NCBI GenBank assembly: GCA_019057795.1
Contig: JAHLWS010000032.1
Span: 1-42,563, forward strand
Source of the DNA: Promethearchaeota archaeon
GTDB lineage: Archaea; Asgardarchaeota; Lokiarchaeia; Sigyniarchaeales; SOKP01
DNA: 42,563 nt
Reading direction: 5' to 3'
Every line of letters begins with the position of its first letter. Within the stretch, counting starts at the first letter, position 1. Shown here piece by piece: positions 20,015-30,660 of the stretch. The position numbers and the translations under genes were made by a program. The notes under the pieces were generated by a model. That model worked only from the letters and a program-made list of their open reading frames with translations. It was not told the origin of the DNA and did no database searches.

Positions 20015-20440
20015 TCAACTTAAATTTGAGGGTATTAAACCTTTAAAGTGTTTATCAAAGGTAGCTAAAAAATTGCAGTTTAAACGTTTGCAATGAGTTA
20101 AAATAGAGCTATCAGTAAAAGATAATCTTTTTTCCTTATATTTTTGAAAGAGCTCCCAAGAATTCTTAAAATCGTCATCCGTAAAACTAATAAGCTTTAT
20201 CTTTCTACTCTTCAAAATGTAATTTCCCAGATTTATAGCAAAATCAGGACGTTTTATTCTTACCAATGCTAAGGTCACCAATTCATTAAACACTAAGGTA
20301 GAGGTAAATATCTCCCCGAATTCATTTTTTAGAAACCTCCTCATCCAAGATTGGGCAATTTGGAAATTTTTATCATCCTTGTTCTTAACTGCTAATAAAA
20401 ATCCTGTATCTAAAAAAACAGCCATTTTATTCTTCCCCAT
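20015..20440 (-). CDS. vapC: PIN-domain toxin
   Basis: VFLDTGF…E…LSFTDSSI…LATFDKHF. Confidence 0.9.
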   Translation of the reverse strand: MGKNKMAVFLDTGFLLAVKNKDDKNFQIAQSWMRRFLKNEFGEIFTSTLVFNELVTLALVRIKRPDFAINLGNYILKSRKIKLISFTDDDFKNSWELFQKYKEKRLSFTDSSILTHCKRLNCNFLATFDKHFKGLIPSNLS

Positions 20441-20702
20441 TCAATTTATATAAAACTTCGTCGACTTTTTCCGATAGACCTTCAATACCTAACTCAAAAA
20501 CATCTTCCAATCCTTTCCATGCGTGATCATTGGTTATTGAGCCTGGAACCTCATTTTCTTCGAGACCTTCAGCTATCATTGCATCCTCAATCAGCTTTGC
20601 TACAAGCCCCTTCTTGCTTACTTTATTTCCTCGTAATGTTAAATGAGAAATCAATTTATCCAACAATTCTAAATGTTTTTTATCAATCCGTACGGTACTT
20701 AT
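20427..20702 (-). CDS. vapB: Putative antitoxin
   Basis: Overlaps the vapC start; (M)STVRIDKKHLELLDKL. The called GTG 20711 is part of SD GGTGAT, so ATA 20702 is the likelier start. Confidence 0.7.
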   Translation of the reverse strand: MSTVRIDKKHLELLDKLISHLTLRGNKVSKKGLVAKLIEDAMIAEGLEENEVPGSITNDHAWKGLEDVFELGIEGLSEKVDEVLYKLNGEE

Positions 20703-20937
20703 GAAAATCACCTTTTTTGTATACTAGTATACATTTTTATACTAATATAATTATATTTCTACTTACTTATATTTATTATCTCTTCGAGACCTTTTGAGCC
20801 AAGAGTGGATTTATTATTGTAAAATAAGAGAGATTCACCAATTTATTCGGAAATCTTCAAAAACTTCTTTTTTTTTTTATATACTTACGATTAATTTGAT
20901 CTTAAAGCTTTTATTAAACGCTTTCACGTGAAATATT

Positions 20938-23865
20938 ATGCGATCTAAAAAAAAGAAAACTATAGTTATAATTGGAATTGTATCAATCGTATTTTTAGCT
21001 TATTTTTTGACTATTGGCAACAAGGCTCTAGTTGCTCCTGAAATCGGAACAGACATCAATTTCGATACTTTAAACGCTTCTGATGCGACCAATCTGGACG
21101 TCATTAGCGAGATTTTCGACTCTAAAAACGCTGATTTTAGTTCTAACGGCTATTACCCTCAGATTTACTCCGATTCGCTACAAGCAACTTACTACGCGCT
21201 CTTTATTTTGGATTCTATCGGCAAGTTAGACGAAATAAACCAAAGTCAAGTAATAACCTATATAATGTCGTTTTACAACTCAATTTCTCACCAGTTCGTA
21301 GATTCAAGCGCAAAAAGATACTTGTCTTCTATAATACCGGGTTTGTATATACCGCTAACTACTTTATTAGAGGTAAATTGCTACGCGGTGTTATCTTTAG
21401 ACATTTTAAACGCTTTAGATTTAATCGATACCGCTGAAACTATTGATTTTATTTGGGAGTGCTACCATCCTACTCTACACGGATTTATAGGTCAGCCATA
21501 CTACGCTTCGCTAGACGAAGGTTTTAAAATACCCACAGCAGACAATACATATTACGCGGTGATAACGCTCGATCTCCTTATTTCTGACTGGAACAGTTAT
21601 TCTCAAGAAAGGGGCGACATCGTGAGCTATGTAGACGGATTACAATCGCTTGGCTCTCACGCGGGCTTTTACAACGATTACGAACCGTTGTTTGATTCTT
21701 TGTTAGAGATAGAGCCGAATCAATTCGCCTCTTTTTACGCCATAAAAACCTTAGAAACTTTTGGGAGCAGCTACATCGATGTTATTGACATCGCCAAATT
21801 CCACCAAGACTTGACCGACCTTTATCACCCCGAAGACTTTTATTTCGATATATCTTCGGTTGCATGGCACGCCAATTACTCTAATATAGTTGCAACTGCC
21901 ATAAATTTAGAATTGTCGGACTTAACAGGTTTTACAGGATTTGATAGAGCCAAAGTAATCGATTTTATTATCGAAAATCGGAATGTTTTAGGCGGTTGGG
22001 ACGCTTCGACTACGATTAAGTACCACGAGTTAATCGACACTTTTCAAATCGTAAGGCCTCTCGCAAACACGGGAGCTATCTCGGAATTGACTCTAAGCGC
22101 GGAAAACGAAATTGCCTCTTATATTCAACTTTTCTCTCAATTTAACGGGTACTCGTTGCTCTCGGAAGATTACACTTCGGTAGAACTAATCCACGCGATT
22201 ATTTCTTCATACGATTATTTCGACCGAATTGCGGACCTTGACATACAAGAATTATACAACCTATTAGAAGGAAGCGCGCTATATATGGGCGGGGAATACG
22301 AGTTTTATGCTTGTACTAAAATGGACCCAGATGTCGCGAGGTTTCGCTCCGAACCGCTTGATTATTATACTTTAGGATTTCATAAATACATCGACGAAAT
22401 AAACGCGGTGAACTCGCACAAAGAGACTTATAGGACGCTTAATTCGCTTCAGAAAATATTCAAATTGAACGATTTTGCCTCCTCTCACGACCTTAATTCC
22501 GTGTTGCAGGATGTAATCGATTCGCAATTTTTGGAATCAGGGTACCAAGAAAATTTTGGAGCTTTTTTGTCCGACAACACAAATCAACCTTCGGAATGGA
22601 AGAATCAATTGATTTACTTGCAGTATTCTTTTTACGCGATAAATAATATGGAGTTTATTGCCGATTATTTAGGGTTAGGACCTATTACCCTCTTAGGCTT
22701 CGATAAATTGGCTTTAGCGACTTACATCATTAGAAATATCGTAGAATCTCCGACAGAACTTTATTTTGACGTAAAATACTCTAACTCGGCCGAGATCGCT
22801 TTAGAAAACACTTACTACGCGATTTACGTCTTGAAGGCAATAGGCGAGAACTATTTAGATAGTGCGAAAATAAAGAACTTTGTGCTTAGCCACCTCAATT
22901 ACTCAAACATCAAAAATCTTTATTACTGCTACAAAATATCCGAAATCTTAAACTTGCAGATAATTTTCGATGTGGAACAATCGCACTCTCTAATACAAAC
23001 TATTTACTCTAGTTCTCACCACGAGTTTTTTGAGTCTACGGAAAAGAACGCGCTGGAGCAGGAAGCTTTCACCTGGATCTGCGAGATGGCTAAAAGTGAT
23101 AGCATAAGAGTTAATGCCCTATACTCTAATTCCATTCAATTAGGTGGAGACAACTTAATTTCTGTTGATTTGTGCAACATAATCTTGTCTGATTTTGGAC
23201 AATACACGACGGTTAAGTTGGAAAGCGAACAACTCGGCACTATTTTATTCGATAAAATGACAAATCATACTTATCAGAAAGAAGTACACGTACCTATCGA
23301 CCCACAGAATTACCCTCGAATCGAAGGAGAATTGTGCGTGTACGATGGTAGCCTTATAGCCAAGCAATTTCCTATCTCGTTTGAAACAACCTTTGCTTCG
23401 ATTTATAATGTTTCCACTTCAAAAACGGAATCGCGAATCGAAATAACGGTTGTAGCTTCCTTGCGGTTCGTTTCCGGAGAAGAACCAATATACAACGGAG
23501 TTATGCGCGCCATAGTGCATAAGGACGGTATTTACCTTGACAATATACTTTTTGCTTCGAAAGTCGATCTGAAAAGCACCACATTTACTTTCGTTTATCG
23601 ACCTGCTAAATTCGGGAATTATAGCTTCGATATATTTATAAAGGACCCATTCCATCCGAACTCGCAATTTGTATTCGAAACTAGTTATGTTTATGAAACT
23701 GATGAAGACCCACTTCAGCCGATTCAAGCGTTCGAAAACGACATAATATTAGCTTTTCCTTTAGCGATGGTTATTTTTACTTTAGGATCAGGGGGAGTAG
23801 TTGGCTCTTTAAAAACACCTAGGAAGAAAATTAAAGACAAGCTCAATAAAATTAAAGCTAAATAA
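20938..23865 (+). CDS. Large extracellular prenyltransferase/squalene-oxidase-repeat (alpha/alpha barrel) protein with C-terminal beta domains and TM anchor
   Basis: Repeated (A/N)TYYA…L..L motifs, signal peptide, C-terminal TM and basic tail. Confidence 0.8.
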   Translation: MRSKKKKTIVIIGIVSIVFLAYFLTIGNKALVAPEIGTDINFDTLNASDATNLDVISEIFDSKNADFSSNGYYPQIYSDSLQATYYALFILDSIGKLDEINQSQVITYIMSFYNSISHQFVDSSAKRYLSSIIPGLYIPLTTLLEVNCYAVLSLDILNALDLIDTAETIDFIWECYHPTLHGFIGQPYYASLDEGFKIPTADNTYYAVITLDLLISDWNSYSQERGDIVSYVDGLQSLGSHAGFYNDYEPLFDSLLEIEPNQFASFYAIKTLETFGSSYIDVIDIAKFHQDLTDLYHPEDFYFDISSVAWHANYSNIVATAINLELSDLTGFTGFDRAKVIDFIIENRNVLGGWDASTTIKYHELIDTFQIVRPLANTGAISELTLSAENEIASYIQLFSQFNGYSLLSEDYTSVELIHAIISSYDYFDRIADLDIQELYNLLEGSALYMGGEYEFYACTKMDPDVARFRSEPLDYYTLGFHKYIDEINAVNSHKETYRTLNSLQKIFKLNDFASSHDLNSVLQDVIDSQFLESGYQENFGAFLSDNTNQPSEWKNQLIYLQYSFYAINNMEFIADYLGLGPITLLGFDKLALATYIIRNIVESPTELYFDVKYSNSAEIALENTYYAIYVLKAIGENYLDSAKIKNFVLSHLNYSNIKNLYYCYKISEILNLQIIFDVEQSHSLIQTIYSSSHHEFFESTEKNALEQEAFTWICEMAKSDSIRVNALYSNSIQLGGDNLISVDLCNIILSDFGQYTTVKLESEQLGTILFDKMTNHTYQKEVHVPIDPQNYPRIEGELCVYDGSLIAKQFPISFETTFASIYNVSTSKTESRIEITVVASLRFVSGEEPIYNGVMRAIVHKDGIYLDNILFASKVDLKSTTFTFVYRPAKFGNYSFDIFIKDPFHPNSQFVFETSYVYETDEDPLQPIQAFENDIILAFPLAMVIFTLGSGGVVGSLKTPRKKIKDKLNKIKAK

Positions 23866-23970
23866 AATGCTTTTTTCTCTTTTTTTATTTCATTATTTAT
23901 TATTGTTTATATCAATTTTTTAATTGGCTTAAATTTTTCCTTTTTAATCTCACGACAAATTTAGGTAGCA

Positions 23971-24549
23971 ATGACTCAGAGCGCAAAAATTAAACAGTTA
24001 AATCAGATCCTATCAGCGTTGGAGAAGTTCCAAGTCCGAAAAAATAGCTTGTTTAATCTCGATAAGTTAGCCGAGTACCTCAAACTATCTGCGAGCGAAT
24101 TAGAAGATGTTTTAAAGCTTATTTTTCGATTTCAACATCTATTTAGTTCGGCGTTTGAAGGATTTGTTCTCTGTAAAAAGTGGAAAAACAACAATAAATC
24201 TTACTTAATTTTAAAGCCAAAATCGGAAGTTAAAGATATTAGCGTTCTTGAGCCTAAAGAAATCGAAATAGCCCGAGACCAAGTAAAATTACTAAGCGAC
24301 ATCGCCTATTATTTTCAGCGCGTAAAAATAGGAAAAGGTTTCAATCTGAAAAGAAACGGCACCGAGTTATCGAGAAAAGTTAAAGAGCTTAAGAAATCTC
24401 ACCCGTACTTCTTCGAAAGCAAGGGAAATGGTCTGGTTTACCCATCAAAACTAGCAGTAGACGCGGGTAACTTAATCTTATCTTACGATAGGAGCAAAAG
24501 ATCGTTTTCTCAGCTTAAGATAGGTGATTATACGATAAAAATTATTTAA
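23971..24549 (+). CDS. Putative winged-helix DNA-binding protein
   Basis: FNLDKLAEYLKLSASELEDVL is HTH-like; first gene of the hef operon. Confidence 0.65.
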   Translation: MTQSAKIKQLNQILSALEKFQVRKNSLFNLDKLAEYLKLSASELEDVLKLIFRFQHLFSSAFEGFVLCKKWKNNNKSYLILKPKSEVKDISVLEPKEIEIARDQVKLLSDIAYYFQRVKIGKGFNLKRNGTELSRKVKELKKSHPYFFESKGNGLVYPSKLAVDAGNLILSYDRSKRSFSQLKIGDYTIKII

Positions 24550-24565
24550 TTTAAGTGTAAAAGAA

Positions 24566-26770
24566 ATGATCGAGATTGAAGGAAATAACAGCAAAAATCC
24601 GAAAAAATCGTATTTGAAGGAAAAACAAATCGAGCACAGGGAGTACCAGTTAAAGATTGCGAAGGCTTGCGCTTCTAAAAATTCTCTTGTGGTGCTCCCA
24701 ACCGGACTCGGAAAAACAATCATCGGTGTCTATGTTGCCGCAAAAACTCTGGAACAATTTCCTCCTAAAAGCAAGATAATCGTATTAGCCCCTACGCGAC
24801 CGTTAATTAACCAACACTACGATTCTTTTAGAAACTTAATGACAATCCCCGAAGAACAGTTCGTTGTTTTAACGGGAAAAATTCCTCCTGAAAAAAGAGT
24901 GGATTTTTTTCGAGAAAATCAAATCGTTTTTTACACGCCCCAGACTTTGAGAAACGACCTCGCTAATAGGAAATACACTTTAGAAAGCGTTTGCTTAATA
25001 ATCTTCGACGAAGCTCACCACGCTTCTGGCGATTACGCTTATACTTTAATAGCGGACGAATACATGGATCAAAACCCGGATGGGACTATTCTGGGGCTTA
25101 CTGCTAGCCCTGGAGCGACTAAAGAAAAAATCAAAGTTCTATGTAAAAACTTACACATTCCTCTGGAAAACATACACACACGCACGAGAAAAGACGTCGA
25201 CGTAAAGACTTATTTAAAGCCGATGAATGTTTATAAAATCGGCGTGAACTTGACCGAATTAATGGAAGAAGCTTACCTCGCCGTTCAAAGTCTTTTAGAA
25301 GAGAGGTTGAAGTATCTTTCGCAATTGGGCTTCTTAAGCGTCAAGGCTGACAGGTTATATACTAAGGTGATCCGTAAGGACTTGTTAAAGCTCAACGCCG
25401 AATTGGTAAGGTTAGTTCAAGGAGATGGCGATAAAACTGGAGTTTATAGTGCCCTTTCGGTTAATGCTCAAGGATTAATTCTTTTTCACATGATCGAACT
25501 AATCGAACAACAAGGCTTGGATGTCTTATTGATCTACCTAACGAAGGTCAAGCAAGACGCTCGAAAAAAGAATAGCTCGAAAGCGGTAAAAATACTAGCC
25601 TCTGATTATAGAATTAACCAAATCTTTATTGAGCTAAAAAAGAACGAAGATTACAATCCTGAAAAATTAGTTCATCCAAAATTTTACTTGCTAGAAAAGT
25701 TGTTGGTCCAAGAGTTTGAAAATAACCCGCCTTCAAGGGTTTTAGTGTTCGTAAAGCTTCGGGACTCGGTCAAGAATATAACGAACAAACTAAAATCGAG
25801 ACCAGATGGGTTAATTAAACCCGCTCGATTCGTGGGACAATCAACCAAATCTAAAGACGACAAAGGTCTCTCTCAGAAAAAGCAACTCGAAATACTAGAA
25901 CAATTCAAACAAGGCCATTACAACGTTTTAGTCAGCACTAATGTAGGAGAGGAAGGCCTCGATATAGCAGAGTGCGATTTGGTAATATTTTACGATGTGG
26001 TGGCGTCAGAAATTAGGTTTATCCAGAGAAAAGGAAGGACCGCGCGACATCGAGAAGGAAAAGTAATTATCCTTTATTGCAAGGACACGCACGACGAGAT
26101 TTACATGCACATCGCTCTGAACAAGCTAAAAAAGATGAACTTTAACCTTAAAAGCGGGAAGCAATTAAAAACCTCTTACACTAGTCCGCAAATACCTGTA
26201 GAAACTATACCCGATGTGAGATTAATAACAGAAGTACCAAAACTACCAAATCTACCAGAAGTATCATTCGAAGAAGTGAAAAAGATTAATAGCAATCAGA
26301 AACAAGCCAATTTGCAATCGTACTTTCAAAAAGCTCCAAGTATAAATAAAGAAAAGACTTTAAATGCTGAAATTAAAATAAGTCGCTCCTTTTCCGTTAA
26401 ATTTGGGATACGGAAGAAGCTCCAACGCGACCAAATCCCTTTTGCGATCGTTAAGTCGATAATTCACCTAACTTTATTTAATCGAGTTATTATCCAAGTT
26501 ATTGACCCTCACCAATTCGAGGGGGATTTGCTCCTAAAAAAAATTACTTTATTAAGCAAGAAATACCACCTAATAGTTTCGATTTTCGATTTCGTAGATT
26601 TTAGCGAAGAATTTCGCGAAGAAGAAAGGTTACTCAAGCAGAAAATAAAAACTTGGGGCAAACAAAACGATTTACAGGCGATCTCGATCGATAACCCCGA
26701 AGAATTGTATTTTATCTTAAAAAACATATATCTACACGCTAAAAAAGAAAAAAAGGTTGAAAGTGAATAA
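24566..26770 (+). CDS. hef: Hef/FANCM-like SF2 helicase with degenerate C-terminal ERCC4-like domain
   Basis: REYQ, LPTGLGKT, LAPTRPL, DEAHH, GLTASP, RFVGQ, GEEGLDI, QRKGRTAR. Confidence 0.9.
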   Translation: MIEIEGNNSKNPKKSYLKEKQIEHREYQLKIAKACASKNSLVVLPTGLGKTIIGVYVAAKTLEQFPPKSKIIVLAPTRPLINQHYDSFRNLMTIPEEQFVVLTGKIPPEKRVDFFRENQIVFYTPQTLRNDLANRKYTLESVCLIIFDEAHHASGDYAYTLIADEYMDQNPDGTILGLTASPGATKEKIKVLCKNLHIPLENIHTRTRKDVDVKTYLKPMNVYKIGVNLTELMEEAYLAVQSLLEERLKYLSQLGFLSVKADRLYTKVIRKDLLKLNAELVRLVQGDGDKTGVYSALSVNAQGLILFHMIELIEQQGLDVLLIYLTKVKQDARKKNSSKAVKILASDYRINQIFIELKKNEDYNPEKLVHPKFYLLEKLLVQEFENNPPSRVLVFVKLRDSVKNITNKLKSRPDGLIKPARFVGQSTKSKDDKGLSQKKQLEILEQFKQGHYNVLVSTNVGEEGLDIAECDLVIFYDVVASEIRFIQRKGRTARHREGKVIILYCKDTHDEIYMHIALNKLKKMNFNLKSGKQLKTSYTSPQIPVETIPDVRLITEVPKLPNLPEVSFEEVKKINSNQKQANLQSYFQKAPSINKEKTLNAEIKISRSFSVKFGIRKKLQRDQIPFAIVKSIIHLTLFNRVIIQVIDPHQFEGDLLLKKITLLSKKYHLIVSIFDFVDFSEEFREEERLLKQKIKTWGKQNDLQAISIDNPEELYFILKNIYLHAKKEKKVESE

Positions 26771-27347
26771 AATGGAAGAAACAGCTTTTAAGAGAGACGA
26801 AACGCCATATTTAATTTTTACTTGTAAAAAGTGCCGGCAATATTCCTATGTTAAAACCACACAAAAAATTAAGAAGTGTTTGCGTTGCGGTCGTACCCAC
26901 CAAGTAAAAGACATATTAGGTTTAGGGGAGATCGTTTATGGAATGACCGCCTCTGTAGACACCGTAAAACAGAATCAAACCGAACTAGCGACTCCAGAGT
27001 TCAGGTCGGAAGGCGATTTCGTTGTTGCTACTAACAGATTTCCAAATCGAACCCCTGTTAAAAAAAGTAAGAGCAAAGTTCTATTAGATAAAGATGACGA
27101 CAAGAACATAGATAATGATTTTAAGGAACAGTTTATCGAAGTTTTGCTCGAACTCTCGAGATTGTACGGTAAATTCCCTAAATATATGCTCGAAATCATG
27201 GCAGACAATTACGGAATTCCGACTGTTGAATTAAAATTGCTTATCAAAAGTTTTAAAAAACAAGGCATTATAACCGTGCTAAAAAACGAGGACTTTTACT
27301 ATCAACTGGAGAAAAAATTTCTCTCATATCTTCAGACTAAGGAATGA
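26763..27347 (+). CDS. Zn-ribbon (DUF1922-like) protein with probable C-terminal winged helix
   Basis: YLIFTCKKC…KKCLRCGR; overlaps the hef stop; start uncertain (26757, 26763 or 26772). Confidence 0.75.
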   Translation: MNKMEETAFKRDETPYLIFTCKKCRQYSYVKTTQKIKKCLRCGRTHQVKDILGLGEIVYGMTASVDTVKQNQTELATPEFRSEGDFVVATNRFPNRTPVKKSKSKVLLDKDDDKNIDNDFKEQFIEVLLELSRLYGKFPKYMLEIMADNYGIPTVELKLLIKSFKKQGIITVLKNEDFYYQLEKKFLSYLQTKE

Positions 27348-27413
27348 TAATTACTCAAGAGAAAAATTCACAATATATCCTAATTAATAAGTAACAAATA
27401 AAAAAATAAAGAA

Positions 27414-28622
27414 TTATAATTTCTCAATACATTCAAAAACAGCTTCTGATAACACGTGTTCACGTGGATCGTCATGAAGGTAAAATCCAGATTTATTCAT
27501 CGCGTAGGCAAATCCCGTTTCAGTATCTGGGTCCGCATACGCAAAGGACCCGCCAGCCCCAGGTGTTCCAAAAGCGTTTTCACTAGTTCCAAATTTAAAT
27601 TCGAGAGAAGGTTTTATAAACCCTAAAGAAAATCGCGTTTCTATTTGTAAAACTTCGTCATGCCTGCCTAATTCCGGATCTTCTGCAGGTTTCATGATTG
27701 CCTCTAAAGTTTCTTGTTTTATGCCTAACTCTTGACCTCCCGCAGCAAAAATACTATATAACCGCGCCATATCTCTTACAAGACCAATGCCGTTTGAAGC
27801 GGGTAATTCAATCCGTCTCATTTCACGCGTGTTGTACTTTTCTACGGAACCTAATATCTTAGGATTAGAGAAGGCTTTGTTAGTAATAGTTCCCTTTTTG
27901 AGAAAGGCTTTGACAAATGGTTTGGGAATTTTTTTCATGTTAAAGAGCATGCGGAATTTGTACATTGGAGCATGTATATTAGCAATTCGCGAGTTAGGAA
28001 TGTTGTCTGGCAAACCGATATAAAATTCAATTCCTAAAGGTTTCGCTATTTCATCTCGGAAAAATTGCCCAATTGTACGATGTTGAGGATCTGTCTTTCT
28101 AATAAGTTCGCTCTCGTACCATCCAAGCGTTATTCCATGGTACCCATGCTTTTTACTTGGCTCCCATAACGGAGTTTGCGCGGCAATAATTTCTGCCATT
28201 CTCTCTGTATTACCTAACGTAGTTAAATCCATAGGTTCATCTATAGCACATAAACCAGCTTGATGGGAAAGCAACTGACGAACGGTGATATTCTCTTTTC
28301 CATTCTGAGAAAATTCTGGCCAATACTTCGATACCTTTTCATCGTAATCAAAATAGCCTTTTGTATGTGCTAACGCCACAGCCAAACCAGAAATGCCTTT
28401 TGTCGTAGAAAAGACCAATACCATCGTATCTTCTTTCCATGGATCCTTTGATTTCTTGTCTCTATAGCCACCCCAAAGATCCACTACTTTCTTTCCTTTA
28501 TGGTATGCCGCACACGCAGCGCCAACTTCTTCTCCTTTTTTAAAGTTTTCTATGAATTTCTCCTTTACTTTTTCAAATCCTGGCTCTACTGAACCATGAA
28601 TCATTGATTCATCTATCTTCAT
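27414..28622 (-). CDS. Serine hydrolase, beta-lactamase/EstB family
   Basis: FSTTK (SxxK), LLSHQAGL, GYH, FGTPGAGGSFAYADP. Confidence 0.92.
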   Translation of the reverse strand: MKIDESMIHGSVEPGFEKVKEKFIENFKKGEEVGAACAAYHKGKKVVDLWGGYRDKKSKDPWKEDTMVLVFSTTKGISGLAVALAHTKGYFDYDEKVSKYWPEFSQNGKENITVRQLLSHQAGLCAIDEPMDLTTLGNTERMAEIIAAQTPLWEPSKKHGYHGITLGWYESELIRKTDPQHRTIGQFFRDEIAKPLGIEFYIGLPDNIPNSRIANIHAPMYKFRMLFNMKKIPKPFVKAFLKKGTITNKAFSNPKILGSVEKYNTREMRRIELPASNGIGLVRDMARLYSIFAAGGQELGIKQETLEAIMKPAEDPELGRHDEVLQIETRFSLGFIKPSLEFKFGTSENAFGTPGAGGSFAYADPDTETGFAYAMNKSGFYLHDDPREHVLSEAVFECIEKL

Positions 28623-28938
28623 TACTCTCTACCAAAAATTTCTATTTATTAAAAATTAAAGCTAAGAACTAATTATGAAAACTAAATATAAATTTTACTA
28701 TAAACTGGAAATAAAGCTTCTCTCAGAAGAATGAATATTTAGAACTTATTAGGTATAAAGTTTTGAGTTCCACTTTGAGTTTCCAAGAACATTGAGGAAT
28801 AAGATTTTGAAAATTAAATAAATCTATAAATATAGGTAATGACAATTATTAACTAGTTTCTATTTATGAAAACTAACTAATAATGGAGAGTGGGTATTCA
28901 AAGTATAAATAACAGGAAATAAAAGAAATTTATTTTTT

Positions 28939-29175
28939 TTAACTCTTTCGCATTGCGTCGGCAAATTCTTGCCTCATTACGCTTTTATAAAGTGGATCGC
29001 GATTTTCAAAAGGAATGTTTTCGCAACCAGAATACACATCGGGAGCACTTAATTCTTTCGCGATCTCAGAAAAAGGAACTATTATTTTCGATAGGATAAT
29101 TTTGATGTTGTCGTAGCCTTGGGCTTCTGCAATCACCAGCTTTTGCTTATTTTTTTTATCTGCTTTTAAACTCAT
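28939..29175 (-). CDS. Hypothetical protein (78 aa)
   Basis: ATG-started ORF with backbone-type promoter at 29219-29233. Confidence 0.65.
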   Translation of the reverse strand: MSLKADKKNKQKLVIAEAQGYDNIKIILSKIIVPFSEIAKELSAPDVYSGCENIPFENRDPLYKSVMRQEFADAMRKS

Positions 29176-29233
29176 TTTATTCGTTGATTTAAGGTTATAC
29201 TACCAAATAACCGCGATCTTATTTAAAAAAAAA

Positions 29234-29524
29234 TTATCTATCAACAGATTTATCTTTGTTAACTTCTTTCAAGTAAAGTTTTATAAAGTACCGTTGGCGC
29301 TTTAAGTAATCTTTTACTTGATTCGAATTCATGTCCGGATAGCTTTTAATCATTCTTTGGATGAATTGTAGAACTTCAAGATTCTGCTCCTTTGTTTTTT
29401 CGAACTCTACGATTTTATAAATGTCTTGGTCGTCGTTCGATTCTTTAAAGACTAAAAAATCCTTCATTTTAACTTTTTTTTTAAAGTTGAGGTCAAACGG
29501 ATCGTTTTCGGTCTTAGAGTCCAT
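29234..29524 (-). CDS. Hypothetical protein (96 aa)
   Basis: ATG-started ORF with backbone-type promoter at 29548-29563. Confidence 0.7.
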   Translation of the reverse strand: MDSKTENDPFDLNFKKKVKMKDFLVFKESNDDQDIYKIVEFEKTKEQNLEVLQFIQRMIKSYPDMNSNQVKDYLKRQRYFIKLYLKEVNKDKSVDR

Positions 29525-29592
29525 TATAAAATGATCTTAAATTTAAAATTTAAAAAGGAAAAATTTTGATAAGATACAAAATTAGAGAAAGC

Positions 29593-30498
29593 TTATGATT
29601 GTGATTTAAATCTGGAATCAATCATATCTAAATAATGTACTATCTCTGCCTCGGAAAATTGAGGTTCTACAGGTGAACCCCATTCCTTTCGCCCATGATG
29701 ACTTAAAATTATATGTAAGATTCTGTTTTTTAAGTCATTTGGGAAATCACTTATTTCATTAATAAATCTTGAGACTAATTGAAAACCTAGACTGTGATGT
29801 CCAATTAATGAATTACTTGTCTTCATAGGAATTCCATTATATATCTCATATTCATATATTTTACCGATATCATGTAAAATAATTCCTGCATAAATTAAAT
29901 CAACATTAAGTTCGGTGTTTCTATTATAAAAATCCTCAAAATTCCTAAATACATTTATCATCCCTATTGTATGCTCTAAATTACCACATCTATAAGAATG
30001 ATGATGTTTTATCGCAGATGGACATTCAAAAAACTTACTTTTTATTTCTTCATCATTAAAAATATTTTCTATAAGATTTTTTAGATATTTATTATGAATT
30101 TTTGAAATAGTATCAAATAATTGTTTGATTAATAGATCTTCATCAATAAAAGGTAAATCGACAAATTCTTTAAGTTCATAATCATCAGGATCTATTACTT
30201 TCATACTAACAATTGTAACACTTTTATGCTTCTTTTTAAATTCCCCGGTTATTTCTACAACATTTCCAATTTTTAAAATCTCCTGATATTTTTCAAGATC
30301 ATCATTGTTATCAATCCATTTTTTTATATTTGGAATATTTCCAGTTATATCTCTCATTGAAATAATAAGATAGGGGTTTCCATACCTAGTTGTGCTAGTA
30401 GTTTGGCTAAATATTTGCATTTTTGATAAAAAATGAAAATCATCACGAGATTCTGAACCTTTATTAATAATTTCATTGGCTTTTAGAAACTTACTCAT
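29593..30498 (-). CDS. yhaM: YhaM/Cbf1-like OB-fold plus HD 3'-5' exonuclease
   Basis: N-terminal OB fold (PYL…RDITG), PSAIKHHH, LEHT, LHDIGKIYEY, SHHG..EWGSPV.P, DMIDS. Confidence 0.88.
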   Translation of the reverse strand: MSKFLKANEIINKGSESRDDFHFLSKMQIFSQTTSTTRYGNPYLIISMRDITGNIPNIKKWIDNNDDLEKYQEILKIGNVVEITGEFKKKHKSVTIVSMKVIDPDDYELKEFVDLPFIDEDLLIKQLFDTISKIHNKYLKNLIENIFNDEEIKSKFFECPSAIKHHHSYRCGNLEHTIGMINVFRNFEDFYNRNTELNVDLIYAGIILHDIGKIYEYEIYNGIPMKTSNSLIGHHSLGFQLVSRFINEISDFPNDLKNRILHIILSHHGRKEWGSPVEPQFSEAEIVHYLDMIDSRFKSQS

Positions 30499-30660
30499 TT
30501 TATTCCACTTTACAAATCTGGATTCTTAGTGTTAATTATTTAATTATATTAATGATTTTATCATATTTATTATTATGATATTATAGAAAAAATAATGTAA
30601 AATTGATTCCTTTTATTAAATTGAAATAGAATCTTGATCTTTTTTATTTAAATCGAATCT

